From assembly GCA_964523525.1 (NCBI GenBank), contig CAZFYO010000003.1:164147-228146 (forward strand): a DNA stretch of 64,000 nt, written 5' to 3'. Each line of letters starts with the position of its first letter. Position 1 is the first letter of the stretch. Position numbers and translations under genes: made by a program. This DNA is from an uncultured Elusimicrobia bacterium. GTDB lineage: Bacteria > Elusimicrobiota > Elusimicrobia > 2-02-FULL-39-32. This document shows positions 19,053-27,339 of this stretch, one piece after another. The notes below the pieces were generated by a model. The model was not told the origin of the DNA. It saw only the letters and a list, made by a program, of their open reading frames with translations, and searched no databases.

Positions 19053-20366
19053 ATGACGAAGACAAATCGATCCGGCCGTTTATTCGCCGAGGCCCAGAAG
19101 CTTTTGGCCGGCGGCGTGAACAGCCCTGTCCGCGCCTTCAAGGCCGTGGGGGGAACGCCGCGGTTTATCGCTCGCGCGAAGGGACCGTATCTGTGGGACG
19201 CCGATGGCAACCGGCTGATCGATTTCGTCGGATCCTGGGGGCCCATGATTCTGGGCCATGCGCATCCGTCGGTTTTGAGCGCCGTTAAAAAGGCGATGGC
19301 GCGGGGTTTTTCTTTTGGCGCTTCCACCGAGCTCGAGATTGAGCTGGCTCGGCGCGTTTCTGATGCTATGCCGTCCGTGCAGAAGGTGCGCTTCGTTTCC
19401 TCGGGCACCGAAGCCGTGATGGGGGCGCTGCGCCTCGCCCGCGGTTTTACGAAGCGCTCCAAGGTCATCAAATTTTCGGGCTGTTACCACGGCCATTCGG
19501 ACGGGATGCTGGTGAGCGCGGGTTCGGGTGCCGCCACTCTCGGAATTCCCGATTCCGCCGGCGTTCCCGAGGGTTACTCCCGCGAAACGCTCGTAGTGGA
19601 GTACAACGATTTGCACGCGGTCCGTTCCTGCCTTAAAACTTACGGTTCGGAGATCGCCGCGGTGATCGTCGAGCCGCTCGCCGGAAACATGGGCGTCGTG
19701 CCGCCGGCGGAAGGATTTTTGGAGGGGCTGCGCGAGCTCACGCGCGCGAACGGTTCTTTGCTCATTTTTGATGAAGTGATTTCGGGCTTTCGTTTGGCCT
19801 ACGGCGGCGCGCAGAGCGCTTACAAAATCCAGCCCGATCTCACCTGCCTCGGAAAGATCATCGGCGGCGGGTTTCCCGTGGGCGCTTTCGGCGGCCGCGC
19901 GGATATCATGGAATGGCTGGCGCCGCTCGGGCCCGTTTATCAGGCGGGCACTCTCTCCGGCAATCCTGTGGCCATGTCGGCCGGCATTGCGACGCTCGAT
20001 CTGCTGAAGAAGAGCAATCCTTATGCCGCGTTGGAAAAACGGACGCGGACGCTCGTCGGGCAGATCGATGACCATGCCCGGACCCTCAGCCTGCCCGTGC
20101 GGATCAATCAGGCCGGATCTTTATTTACGGTTTTCTTCACGGACCAGGTAGTCACCAATTTCAAATCCGCCCAGCGCGCCAACAAAACGCGTTTCGCGCG
20201 GTTCTTCCAGGCGCTCCTCGAAAACGGCGTTTACTTTCCGCCCGCGCAGTTTGAGGCTGCTTTCGTTTCTGCCGCGCACAGCCCCGCCGTCCTCGAAAAA
20301 GCGGCGCGGGCGATCCGCAAAAGTTTGAATCAGACATCAGAGTCCAAGGAGCTTCAGCGTGCCTAA
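19053..20366 (+). CDS. hemL: Glutamate-1-semialdehyde 2,1-aminomutase
   Basis: AGGVNSPVRAF, DADGNRLIDFVGSWGPMILGHAHP, FDEVISGFR. 437 aa, class-III aminotransferase. Textbook HemL N-terminus. Confidence 0.92.
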   Translation: MTKTNRSGRLFAEAQKLLAGGVNSPVRAFKAVGGTPRFIARAKGPYLWDADGNRLIDFVGSWGPMILGHAHPSVLSAVKKAMARGFSFGASTELEIELARRVSDAMPSVQKVRFVSSGTEAVMGALRLARGFTKRSKVIKFSGCYHGHSDGMLVSAGSGAATLGIPDSAGVPEGYSRETLVVEYNDLHAVRSCLKTYGSEIAAVIVEPLAGNMGVVPPAEGFLEGLRELTRANGSLLIFDEVISGFRLAYGGAQSAYKIQPDLTCLGKIIGGGFPVGAFGGRADIMEWLAPLGPVYQAGTLSGNPVAMSAGIATLDLLKKSNPYAALEKRTRTLVGQIDDHARTLSLPVRINQAGSLFTVFFTDQVVTNFKSAQRANKTRFARFFQALLENGVYFPPAQFEAAFVSAAHSPAVLEKAARAIRKSLNQTSESKELQRA

Positions 20367-21606
20367 AATATTTCCCTTTAAAGCCATCCGCTACAAACTG
20401 TCTAATGCCGCGCTTAAAACCGCGGTCTGTCCGCCTTACGACGTGATCGGCGAGGCCCAGGCGAACAGCCTGCGCTCCGATCCGAAGAACGCGATTCACA
20501 TCGAGCTGCCCGAAGGCGATGGCGACGTGAAATATGCCAACGCGAAAAAGACCTGGGACGGCTGGCGCTCGGACGGGACACTCAAGCAGGACGCGGTTCC
20601 CGCATTTTACGTCTACGAGCAGCAATTTACTGTCGAGGGCAAGAAATACGTCCGGCGCGGATTTTTCTGCGAGCTGGAAGTGGAAGAGCCGGGCAAGGGT
20701 TCCGTCCTCCGCCACGAGCTGACCATCGCCGGCCCCAAGGTGGACCGCTTCAATCTGCTCCGCGCGCTCCACGCCAATACCAGCCCCATTTTCGGCTTAT
20801 ATAAGGATACGGCGAAAAAGTCCGTGCGCGCGATTGCGGCCATCGCCAAAAAGAAGCCCGCGGCGCAGGTTACCGATACCGAGGGCGTGACGCACAAGCT
20901 TTGGGCGCTCACCGATCCCAAACAGGTGAAAGCCATCACCGAGCTCATCGCCAAAAATCCCGTGGTGATCGCCGACGGCCACCACCGCTGCGAGACCGCC
21001 TGGAATTTCAAGAAGGAGATGGAGCATTCGCGCCTCGAGGGCGCGTCCCGCACGCTCTTCTTCCTCTGCCCGATGGACGATCCGGGCCTCGTCGTGTTTC
21101 CGACCCACCGCATTTTGGTTCAGCCCGGCCACGCGGCGCTCAGCCTCGCCGCGGTCAGAAAACGGATCGAGGAACTGCACAACATTTTTACCATCAAGGA
21201 AGGGCCGCTTGGCGGAAGACCGGGCGGGCGCGGCGGCTCGAAGCGCGGACCCGGTTTTTCCTTCGCCGTCACCGACGGGATGAACACGATCGACGTTTAC
21301 ATCAAATCCAAACAGGCGCTCCAGAAGGCGTTCCCCGGCAAAGCCAGGGCCTATCAGGAGCTGCCGCTGCTCCACCTTCACGCTTTGCTGCTGCCCGAGA
21401 TGAAGAAGGAAGATTTCATCTACGTGCATGAGGACGAGGAGGCGCTGAAGCTCGCGCGGGAAAAGCAGAAGCTCGCTTTCATCGTTCCCGCCACGTCCAT
21501 CGAGGAGCTATTCGCGATCGTCCGCGCCGGCGAAGTCATGCCCCAAAAATCGACCTACTTTTATCCCAAAGTGATCACCGGCATCCTCTTCCGGTCTCTT
21601 GAATAA
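20359..21606 (+). CDS. DUF1015 family protein (COG4198)
   Basis: N-terminal FPFKAIRY....PPYDVI motif is characteristic of DUF1015. 415 aa. 8-nt overlap with hemL. Confidence 0.65.
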   Translation: MPKIFPFKAIRYKLSNAALKTAVCPPYDVIGEAQANSLRSDPKNAIHIELPEGDGDVKYANAKKTWDGWRSDGTLKQDAVPAFYVYEQQFTVEGKKYVRRGFFCELEVEEPGKGSVLRHELTIAGPKVDRFNLLRALHANTSPIFGLYKDTAKKSVRAIAAIAKKKPAAQVTDTEGVTHKLWALTDPKQVKAITELIAKNPVVIADGHHRCETAWNFKKEMEHSRLEGASRTLFFLCPMDDPGLVVFPTHRILVQPGHAALSLAAVRKRIEELHNIFTIKEGPLGGRPGGRGGSKRGPGFSFAVTDGMNTIDVYIKSKQALQKAFPGKARAYQELPLLHLHALLLPEMKKEDFIYVHEDEEALKLAREKQKLAFIVPATSIEELFAIVRAGEVMPQKSTYFYPKVITGILFRSLE

Positions 21607-21640
21607 TTAGGGACAGCGCCCTATTTGCCATCCAGGATTA

Positions 21641-23170
21641 ATGTTTCCGTCGCTTTCGCAGTTTTTATCCTGGTCCCAAAAAAGTTCCGTCATTCCTTTT
21701 GTGCTCGAAGCGCCATTTCCCGAGGATGGGGATGGCTTTTCTTTTTTCCTGAACCAATCAGCCCGCCTGCCCTTCGCATTTTTCTTCGACAGCTTTAACG
21801 CCAAACCTCTGGGCCGCTATTCCTATTTTCCGCTCAGCGCCCCGCGGAAACGCATGGTCGCGAAAAATCCGGTCGAGTTCGCGCGCCAATGGAAATGCCT
21901 CCGCGCCGAGATCGGCCAAACACCCTCGCTTTTTTCGTCGATCGTTTCTCCCGGTGCGAGCAATACATCCGCCAAATTGCCTCCGTTTCTAGGCGGCGCG
22001 ATCGTGTTTCTTTCCTACGACGCCGGCCGCGCGTTCGAACCGGGCTGGAAATCGCGCCCGCCCGCGGACCCGCTCCGTTTCCCCTGGCTCGAGGCCGGGC
22101 TCTACGATGATCTTTTCTGCCTCGACCATCGGGCCCGCAAGGCCTATTGGATTTCCTGCGTCCGCCTTTCCGCGAAAAAAAACCGAAGCAAAACCCGGCT
22201 GACGGAGATTTGGCGAAAAAAGGAATCCGAACTCCGCGAGCAATCGCGGAAAATCAGAGGCGGACGGAATGGGGCCGATTTTCATGGATCGACGGAAAAT
22301 CTATTGAAAAATGGGAATAAATTTAATAAAAAAAATGGCGCCGGAGGGGAAGTCGTTGATGCCGGTACGCAAAAGTGGTTTCTGAAATCCGTTTTGAAGC
22401 TGAAAGAGTATATTGCCGCGGGGGATATTTATCAGGCGAACCTGTCGCGGCGGATCGCGGCTCCTTATAAGGGAAGCGGGCTGGACTACTTCGCGGGGCT
22501 GCGGAAGATCAACCCGTCGCCCTACGCCTGCTACGGAAGTTTCGGGTTCGGAGAGCTGGCGAGCTGTTCGCCGGAGCTGCTGCTCAAAAAGCGCGGCCGG
22601 ATCCTGGAGACGCGGCCCATCGCGGGCACACGGCCCCGGGGAAAAGACGCGGCCGCCGACAAGAAACTCCAGGGTGAACTGCTGCTGAGCGCCAAGGAGC
22701 GGGCGGAGCACGTCATGCTGCTCGATCTCGAGCGCAACGATTTGGGGCGCGTCAGCGTCGCGGGATCGGTGCGCGTCAAGGAAAAGATGATCGTTGAAAA
22801 ATATTCGCACGTCATGCATATTGTGTCCTGCGTGCGGAGCCGAATGAAATATAATCAGGATGTGTTCCAGGCGATCGAAGCCGTGTTTCCGGGGGGGACC
22901 ATCACGGGCTGTCCCAAGGTCCGCTGCATGAACATCCTCGACGAACTCGAGCCCGTGAGCCGCGGGCCGTTTTATGGATCGCTCGGGTGGATCGGTTACA
23001 ACGGCGACTGCGAAATGAACCTCCTGATCCGCACCGCGATCCGTCCCAAAAACAAGAACCATCTTCTGATCCAGGCCGGGTCGGGCATTGTGGCCGACAG
23101 CGCCGCGCCGCGCGAGTTTGAGGAATCCGGCCATAAAGCCCGCGCGCTCCTTGCGGCCGCAAAAAGCTAA
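21641..23170 (+). CDS. Chorismate-binding enzyme, aminodeoxychorismate synthase component I / anthranilate synthase component I family (PabB/TrpE-like). Carries an AT-rich Lys-rich insertion.
   Basis: GDIYQANLS, PIAGTRPRG, HVMLLDLERNDLGRV, GGTITGCPKVRCMNILDELEP, GPFYGSLGWIGYNGDCEMNLLIRTA. PabB-like N-terminal region PFVLEAPFPEDGDGFSFF...GRYSYF. Confidence 0.8.
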   Translation: MFPSLSQFLSWSQKSSVIPFVLEAPFPEDGDGFSFFLNQSARLPFAFFFDSFNAKPLGRYSYFPLSAPRKRMVAKNPVEFARQWKCLRAEIGQTPSLFSSIVSPGASNTSAKLPPFLGGAIVFLSYDAGRAFEPGWKSRPPADPLRFPWLEAGLYDDLFCLDHRARKAYWISCVRLSAKKNRSKTRLTEIWRKKESELREQSRKIRGGRNGADFHGSTENLLKNGNKFNKKNGAGGEVVDAGTQKWFLKSVLKLKEYIAAGDIYQANLSRRIAAPYKGSGLDYFAGLRKINPSPYACYGSFGFGELASCSPELLLKKRGRILETRPIAGTRPRGKDAAADKKLQGELLLSAKERAEHVMLLDLERNDLGRVSVAGSVRVKEKMIVEKYSHVMHIVSCVRSRMKYNQDVFQAIEAVFPGGTITGCPKVRCMNILDELEPVSRGPFYGSLGWIGYNGDCEMNLLIRTAIRPKNKNHLLIQAGSGIVADSAAPREFEESGHKARALLAAAKS

Positions 23171-23179
23171 AATCATTCC

Positions 23180-25054
23180 ATGACCGCCCAAAGCCGGGTC
23201 TGGCTCGCGCTCGCCGCCTGCATGGCCCTGTCCTTCCTGATCTACGCACCCTCCATCAAGGCCCCGTTTTTTTTCGACGACGAAACGAATTTTATCGATA
23301 ATCCGGATATCCGGAAGCTGGAGAATCTGAAAACCCGGCTGGTGTTCAAGATGGAAAAGATGGCGCAGAACACCAACGTCCCCACGCGCGCCATAACGTT
23401 CCTGACGTTCACCCTGGAATATGCCCTCTGGGGTAAAAATCCGTCCGGCTACAGGGTCGTCAACATCGCCCTGCACGGCCTGGCGGCATTCCTGCTTTTC
23501 CTCCTGCTAAGGGAAATTCTGGCGCGATGGAATCTGGGCGAATACCTCTTTGGCGTTGCGCTCGCCGGGGCCATGCTTTTTTGCGCCCATCCGATGCAGG
23601 GCGACGCGGTCGCCTACATCAGCAACCGGTCCGACGTGCTCGCGGCCCTGTTTTCCCTGCTGGCGCTGGTCCTCTTTTCGCGCGCGGGTCCGGACCGCGG
23701 CCGGGCGGCGGCCCGTCTCGTCTTCGCGAACTTCGCATTTGCGGCGGCGATTCTTTCCAAAGAGACCGCCGCGACATTCCCTCTGATTCTCCTGGGCTAC
23801 GATTATTTCATCGCCGCGAACAGGGACGGCGCGGCGCTGCGGAATCGCTGGCGGCGCCATGCCCCGTTTTGGGGAACCCTCGCTCTCTATATGATTTATC
23901 GGCGTGCGCTGATGGGCGACTTGATGTACCAATGGGCCCTGCAGGAAGATTCCTGGACGTCAATGGAGTATCTGTCAATGCAGGTGATGGCCATTCCGAA
24001 ATATCTGCGCCTGCTTTTGGCGCCCGTCGGACAATGCATCGACCATATTCTGCTGCCTCCCGATTCCTGGCTGGAGCCCCGGATGCTTGTTGCGTTCGCC
24101 GCCTGGGCCGCGATTCTGGCGCTGGCCGCGTTCCTAATCCGTGGGACGTGGAAAGCAAAATCCACCGCCGCGCTTTTTTCATCCGCCTGTTTTGGGATGT
24201 TGTGGTTTTTCGCGGGGCTGGCACCCAGCTCCAGCGTCTTTCCCATTTTTGACGCTATGGTGGAGCGCCGTGTCTATTGGCCTTCCGGCGGCTGGGTCCT
24301 GGGCGTGCTGGCCTTTTACGCCTGGCTTTTCGACGCGACGGAAAATGGTCCGGTCAATGGCGCGAACCATTCCAAAAAAATAATCGTCTTCCTGTCGGTC
24401 CACACCGCGATCCTCGCCCTTTTCACTTTGCACCGCAGCACGCTGTACGGACATCCCGAACGGCTCTGGATAGAGGCCGTCGCCCGCTACCCCGGGAACC
24501 CGCGGGCTTACGTCAATCTGGGGTCCTATATTGAGAAAAAAAATCCGGCGAAAGCCGTTGAGCTCGGCCGTATGGCACTGAGCCTGAACCCGAAATATGC
24601 CGTGGCCCAGAACAATCTGGGCAACGCGCTTTACGCGCTCAATGACGTGGAAGGCGCCGTGGCTTCCTATCAGAAGGCGATTGAGTTGAAGCCCGGATGG
24701 GTCCAGCCCTACATCAACCTGGCCGGCATGCATTACCACGCCCGCCGGCTGAAGGAAGCCGAGGCAATGTACTTGAAAGCGCTGGCGCTCGAAACAGGGT
24801 ACGCGCTGGTCTATAACAATCTCGGCTCCATCTATTTTGAGAGGGGCGAAACGGAGATGGCGGTGGATTTTTATAACAAGGCGATCGAGACCGACGCCGG
24901 TTACGGGTTGGCCTATTACAATCTGGCTCTGGTTCTGGTTGCCAGGAAGCAATTCGACCTCGCGCTGAAAGCCATGGTGTCCGCACGTGCTCTGTTGCCG
25001 GACAACCCGGCCGTTGAGAACAATTTGCGCGCGCTGCAGGCCATGAAGCCGTGA
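23180..25054 (+). CDS. TMTC/PMT-like GT-C glycosyltransferase (DUF1736-type polytopic N-domain) with C-terminal TPR repeats, paralog 1
   Basis: ~10 TM helices in the N-terminal 420 aa. The loop-1 acidic motif PFFFDDETNFIDNPDI is the DD/DE motif of GT-C PMT/TMTC/ArnT-type enzymes. The C-terminal ~200 aa contains >=5 TPR units (AxxxLGxALxxxGxxxEAxxxYxKAxEL-type). Confidence 0.7.
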   Translation: MTAQSRVWLALAACMALSFLIYAPSIKAPFFFDDETNFIDNPDIRKLENLKTRLVFKMEKMAQNTNVPTRAITFLTFTLEYALWGKNPSGYRVVNIALHGLAAFLLFLLLREILARWNLGEYLFGVALAGAMLFCAHPMQGDAVAYISNRSDVLAALFSLLALVLFSRAGPDRGRAAARLVFANFAFAAAILSKETAATFPLILLGYDYFIAANRDGAALRNRWRRHAPFWGTLALYMIYRRALMGDLMYQWALQEDSWTSMEYLSMQVMAIPKYLRLLLAPVGQCIDHILLPPDSWLEPRMLVAFAAWAAILALAAFLIRGTWKAKSTAALFSSACFGMLWFFAGLAPSSSVFPIFDAMVERRVYWPSGGWVLGVLAFYAWLFDATENGPVNGANHSKKIIVFLSVHTAILALFTLHRSTLYGHPERLWIEAVARYPGNPRAYVNLGSYIEKKNPAKAVELGRMALSLNPKYAVAQNNLGNALYALNDVEGAVASYQKAIELKPGWVQPYINLAGMHYHARRLKEAEAMYLKALALETGYALVYNNLGSIYFERGETEMAVDFYNKAIETDAGYGLAYYNLALVLVARKQFDLALKAMVSARALLPDNPAVENNLRALQAMKP

Positions 25055-26976
25055 CTCGCGGCCCGAATCAAAACCCGAATCAGAACCCGGCTTCCGCGTC
25101 CGGGCGCGCCGGCGGCGTCTCGTTTCTAATGGCGTTCTTCTGCCTGGTCATCCCCATTCTTTTGTACAGCCCCTCACTGCGCGGGCCATTCGTCTTTGAC
25201 GACTTCTCGAATATCGTCGACAATCGCGATATCCGCAGCCCTGACCGCATCGGGATCGGCCTCCTCAATACGCATTTGATCGTAAAAAACCGACAAGCTC
25301 CGACGCGCCCCGTCACGTCCTTGACCTTCGCTCTCAATTACGTCTGGAACGGCTTGAATCCGTTTGGGTACCGCCTATTCAACATACTCGTTCATTCAGC
25401 TAACACGCTTCTCGTGTTTTTGATGACCCTTATGATTCTCCGACGCCTCCAGGATGCCGCGGTGAAGGAATCCCTGGCGTTCGCCATCGCTCTGATATTC
25501 TGCGTCCACCCGCTCCAGACCGAAGCGGTGGCGTACATCAGCCACCGCAGCGACAGCATGGCCACATTTTTTTATCTCCTATCCATGCTCTCGTTCTTTG
25601 CAGGAAGGGACAGGCGCTGGCCATATTCGGTTCTGCCGGCGGCATTTTTCTTCATTCTCGCAGCGGGTTCCAAGGAGTGGACTTACGCCGCGCTTCCCGC
25701 GGCACTGCTTCTGATCGACGTTCTCGTCTTCAGCCGTTCGGAGAAACTGCGGATGTGGCGGCACGCCCCCATCTGGATTCTGGCGGTCATTCTGATCGCC
25801 TCCCGGAAATATCTGACCGGTCGATGGGGCTTTTTGGGGCCTGATCTCGACCGGATTTGGCCGGCCCTCACGTACGCGGGAGTACAGTCGTATGTCTGGT
25901 TGAAATATGCGGCCCTCTGGTTCCTGCCGCTGTGGCAAACGTTTGATCATTATCTGGTCCCAAACGCGCCGGGGTTGGCCCGCAAGATATTTGCGTCCGC
26001 TGCGTTGTGGTCCGCCGCGATCGTTGGAGCGGGATATTGGATCCACAAACTGGGATGGAAAGAATTTTCCGTGAGGGCCGCGCAGTCGGCCTCAGACCCC
26101 CGGCGCAGGCTCCTATGGCTTGGTCTCGGCATGGCCGCGATATTGATCGCTCCCACCTCCAGCATTATTCCGACGTACGAGGCCATGGCGGAGCGCCGCG
26201 TTTACCTTGCGGTCTGGAGCGGCTCTCTGGCCTGGGTTGCCTTTCTGGCGGGACTGATCAAGAATGGGGGGACGTTGAAAGCGGCCCTCGCGGTTCACAT
26301 CATGCTGCTGGCCGCGTTGACGTGGCGCCGAACCGAACTGTACCGATACCCGGAAAAACTATGGGAGGAGGCGATTGAGCGGTACCCTGAAAATGCGGAC
26401 GCGCACCTGAACCTGGGGGTGGTCGAAATGAAAAACGGCCGTCCCGACAAGGCCCTCCACAACTGGCTTCACGCGGTCGAGCTCCGTAAACTGCGAAACC
26501 CTCAGGCGTTCAACAACATAGGAGAAATTTACTTCCAGCGGGGCGAGATACGCAAGGCCCTGGAATATTTCAAGGAGGCCGCCCGGCAGGACCCCCAATT
26601 ACACTACGCCTGGCGCAACATGGGAGACGCCTTCTATGAGCTGGGGGAGGACGCCGCCGCCGAGGAAAGCTATCACCGCGCCCTCGCTCTGGTCCCGGAC
26701 GAACCCGAGCTCTACAACAATCTCGGCCTGGTTTTGGAACGGCGGAAAAATTTTCCCGGGGCCGAAAAAGCCTATCAAAAGGCGATGGAACTGGACCCCG
26801 ATTTTGCGCCGGCCCACGCGCACCTGGCCGAACTTTATGTTCAAACCGAACGGCTCCCGGAGGCGCTGCGCCGGTACGCGCAGTGGCAGGTTTTGGAGCC
26901 CGACAACCCCGAAATTCCCTCCAAAATCGCCCTGCTCCGCCGCTGGATGTCGGATCGGGCTCGCGGCAAAAAATAG
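25051..26976 (+). CDS. TMTC/PMT-like GT-C glycosyltransferase with C-terminal TPR repeats, paralog 2
   Basis: Same architecture as the upstream gene: polytopic N-domain with PFVFDDFSNIVDNRDI and C-terminal TPRs (NLGVVEMKNGRPDKALHNWLHAVEL...NNLGLVLERRKNFPGAEKAYQKAMELDP). Start overlaps the stop of paralog 1 (ATGA). Confidence 0.7.
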   Translation: MTRGPNQNPNQNPASASGRAGGVSFLMAFFCLVIPILLYSPSLRGPFVFDDFSNIVDNRDIRSPDRIGIGLLNTHLIVKNRQAPTRPVTSLTFALNYVWNGLNPFGYRLFNILVHSANTLLVFLMTLMILRRLQDAAVKESLAFAIALIFCVHPLQTEAVAYISHRSDSMATFFYLLSMLSFFAGRDRRWPYSVLPAAFFFILAAGSKEWTYAALPAALLLIDVLVFSRSEKLRMWRHAPIWILAVILIASRKYLTGRWGFLGPDLDRIWPALTYAGVQSYVWLKYAALWFLPLWQTFDHYLVPNAPGLARKIFASAALWSAAIVGAGYWIHKLGWKEFSVRAAQSASDPRRRLLWLGLGMAAILIAPTSSIIPTYEAMAERRVYLAVWSGSLAWVAFLAGLIKNGGTLKAALAVHIMLLAALTWRRTELYRYPEKLWEEAIERYPENADAHLNLGVVEMKNGRPDKALHNWLHAVELRKLRNPQAFNNIGEIYFQRGEIRKALEYFKEAARQDPQLHYAWRNMGDAFYELGEDAAAEESYHRALALVPDEPELYNNLGLVLERRKNFPGAEKAYQKAMELDPDFAPAHAHLAELYVQTERLPEALRRYAQWQVLEPDNPEIPSKIALLRRWMSDRARGKK

Positions 26977-27016
26977 ACCCTCCCAACCGCCCAAAAAAAT
27001 CTCAAAAATTGAAATA

Positions 27017-27058
27017 TTTATCATATTGATAAATAAGCCTGATAGGTGTATTTATCAG
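27017..27058. promoter_or_regulatory. Operator-like element: two inverted repeats made of four TGATA[AG] half-sites. TTTATCA-tat-TGATAAA (27017-27033) and CTGATA-N8-TATCAG (27039-27058).
   Basis: Perfect 7-bp and 6-bp palindromic arms read from the sequence. They sit in an AT-rich island ~30-70 bp upstream of the -35 hexamer of the promoter below. Confidence 0.45.
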
Positions 27059-27085
27059 ATATTTTTCGGAATCCTGACTTGGGCC

Positions 27086-27114
27086 TTGACAAAAAGGGCT
27101 TCGGGGGGTATAAC
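27086..27114 (+). promoter_or_regulatory. Sigma70-type promoter: TTGACA (27086-27091), 17-bp spacer, TATAAC (27109-27114). Predicted TSS is ~27121.
   Basis: Consensus -35, optimal 17-bp spacer, 5/6 match at -10. Preceded by an A-rich UP-like tract. No ORF in the following ~220 nt. Confidence 0.55.
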
Positions 27115-27147
27115 TCTGCCATAGTTCACTGATCTTTCATTGGCTTA

Positions 27148-27268
27148 CACGACAATAGCACACTCCAAGTAATTGGAGGCCGCAAAGCCCTCGCCGCCAG
27201 GCGGGGCCCTCTTAACGTGAAGAGGGTACGGGCCCTGCAAAGCGCAGGGCGGCCGGGTTGCCGAAGCA
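27148..27268 (+). ncRNA. Candidate cyclic-di-GMP-I (GEMM) riboswitch aptamer in the 5' leader of the giant-gene operon
   Basis: Hairpin CUCCA-aguaau-UGGAG followed by CCGCAAAGCC (27181-27190; Vc2 has ACGCAAAGCC). Long-range pairing GCCGCC (27193-27198) / GGCGGC (27248-27253) encloses the internal hairpins CCCUCUU-aacgug-AAGAGGG. 3' element GCGGCCGGGUUGCCGAAG (27248-27266; Vc2 has GCGGGGUUACCGA). A second GCAAAGC lies at 27237-27243. The match is to the GEMM consensus as remembered, not computed. Confidence 0.4.
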
Positions 27269-27292
27269 AGTCCAAAACCTCTTGAGAACAGG

Positions 27293-27339
27293 AGCTGGAT
27301 TTTCTGCGGCAAAGCGCCCGGGAAAAACCAGCTTTTTTT
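27293..27339 (+). terminator. Putative intrinsic terminator / riboswitch expression platform. Stem AGCUGG (27293-27298) / CCAGCU (27328-27333) followed by U7 (27333-27339), directly abutting the ATG at 27340.
   Basis: Complementary 6-nt arms plus a T7 tract read from the sequence. The loop is long (29 nt) and contains a third GCAAAGC (27309-27315) that could take part in an alternative anti-terminator pairing. Confidence 0.35.

Noticed and set aside
27121-27339. Considered whether the leader is instead 6S RNA, SRP RNA or RNase P RNA, or a free-standing sRNA.
   Set aside because: No match to the conserved SRP domain-IV or RNase P P4 motifs that I can recall. Its position, between a promoter and a terminator abutting the next gene, fits a cis-acting leader or riboswitch better. 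It is kept only as a GEMM candidate.
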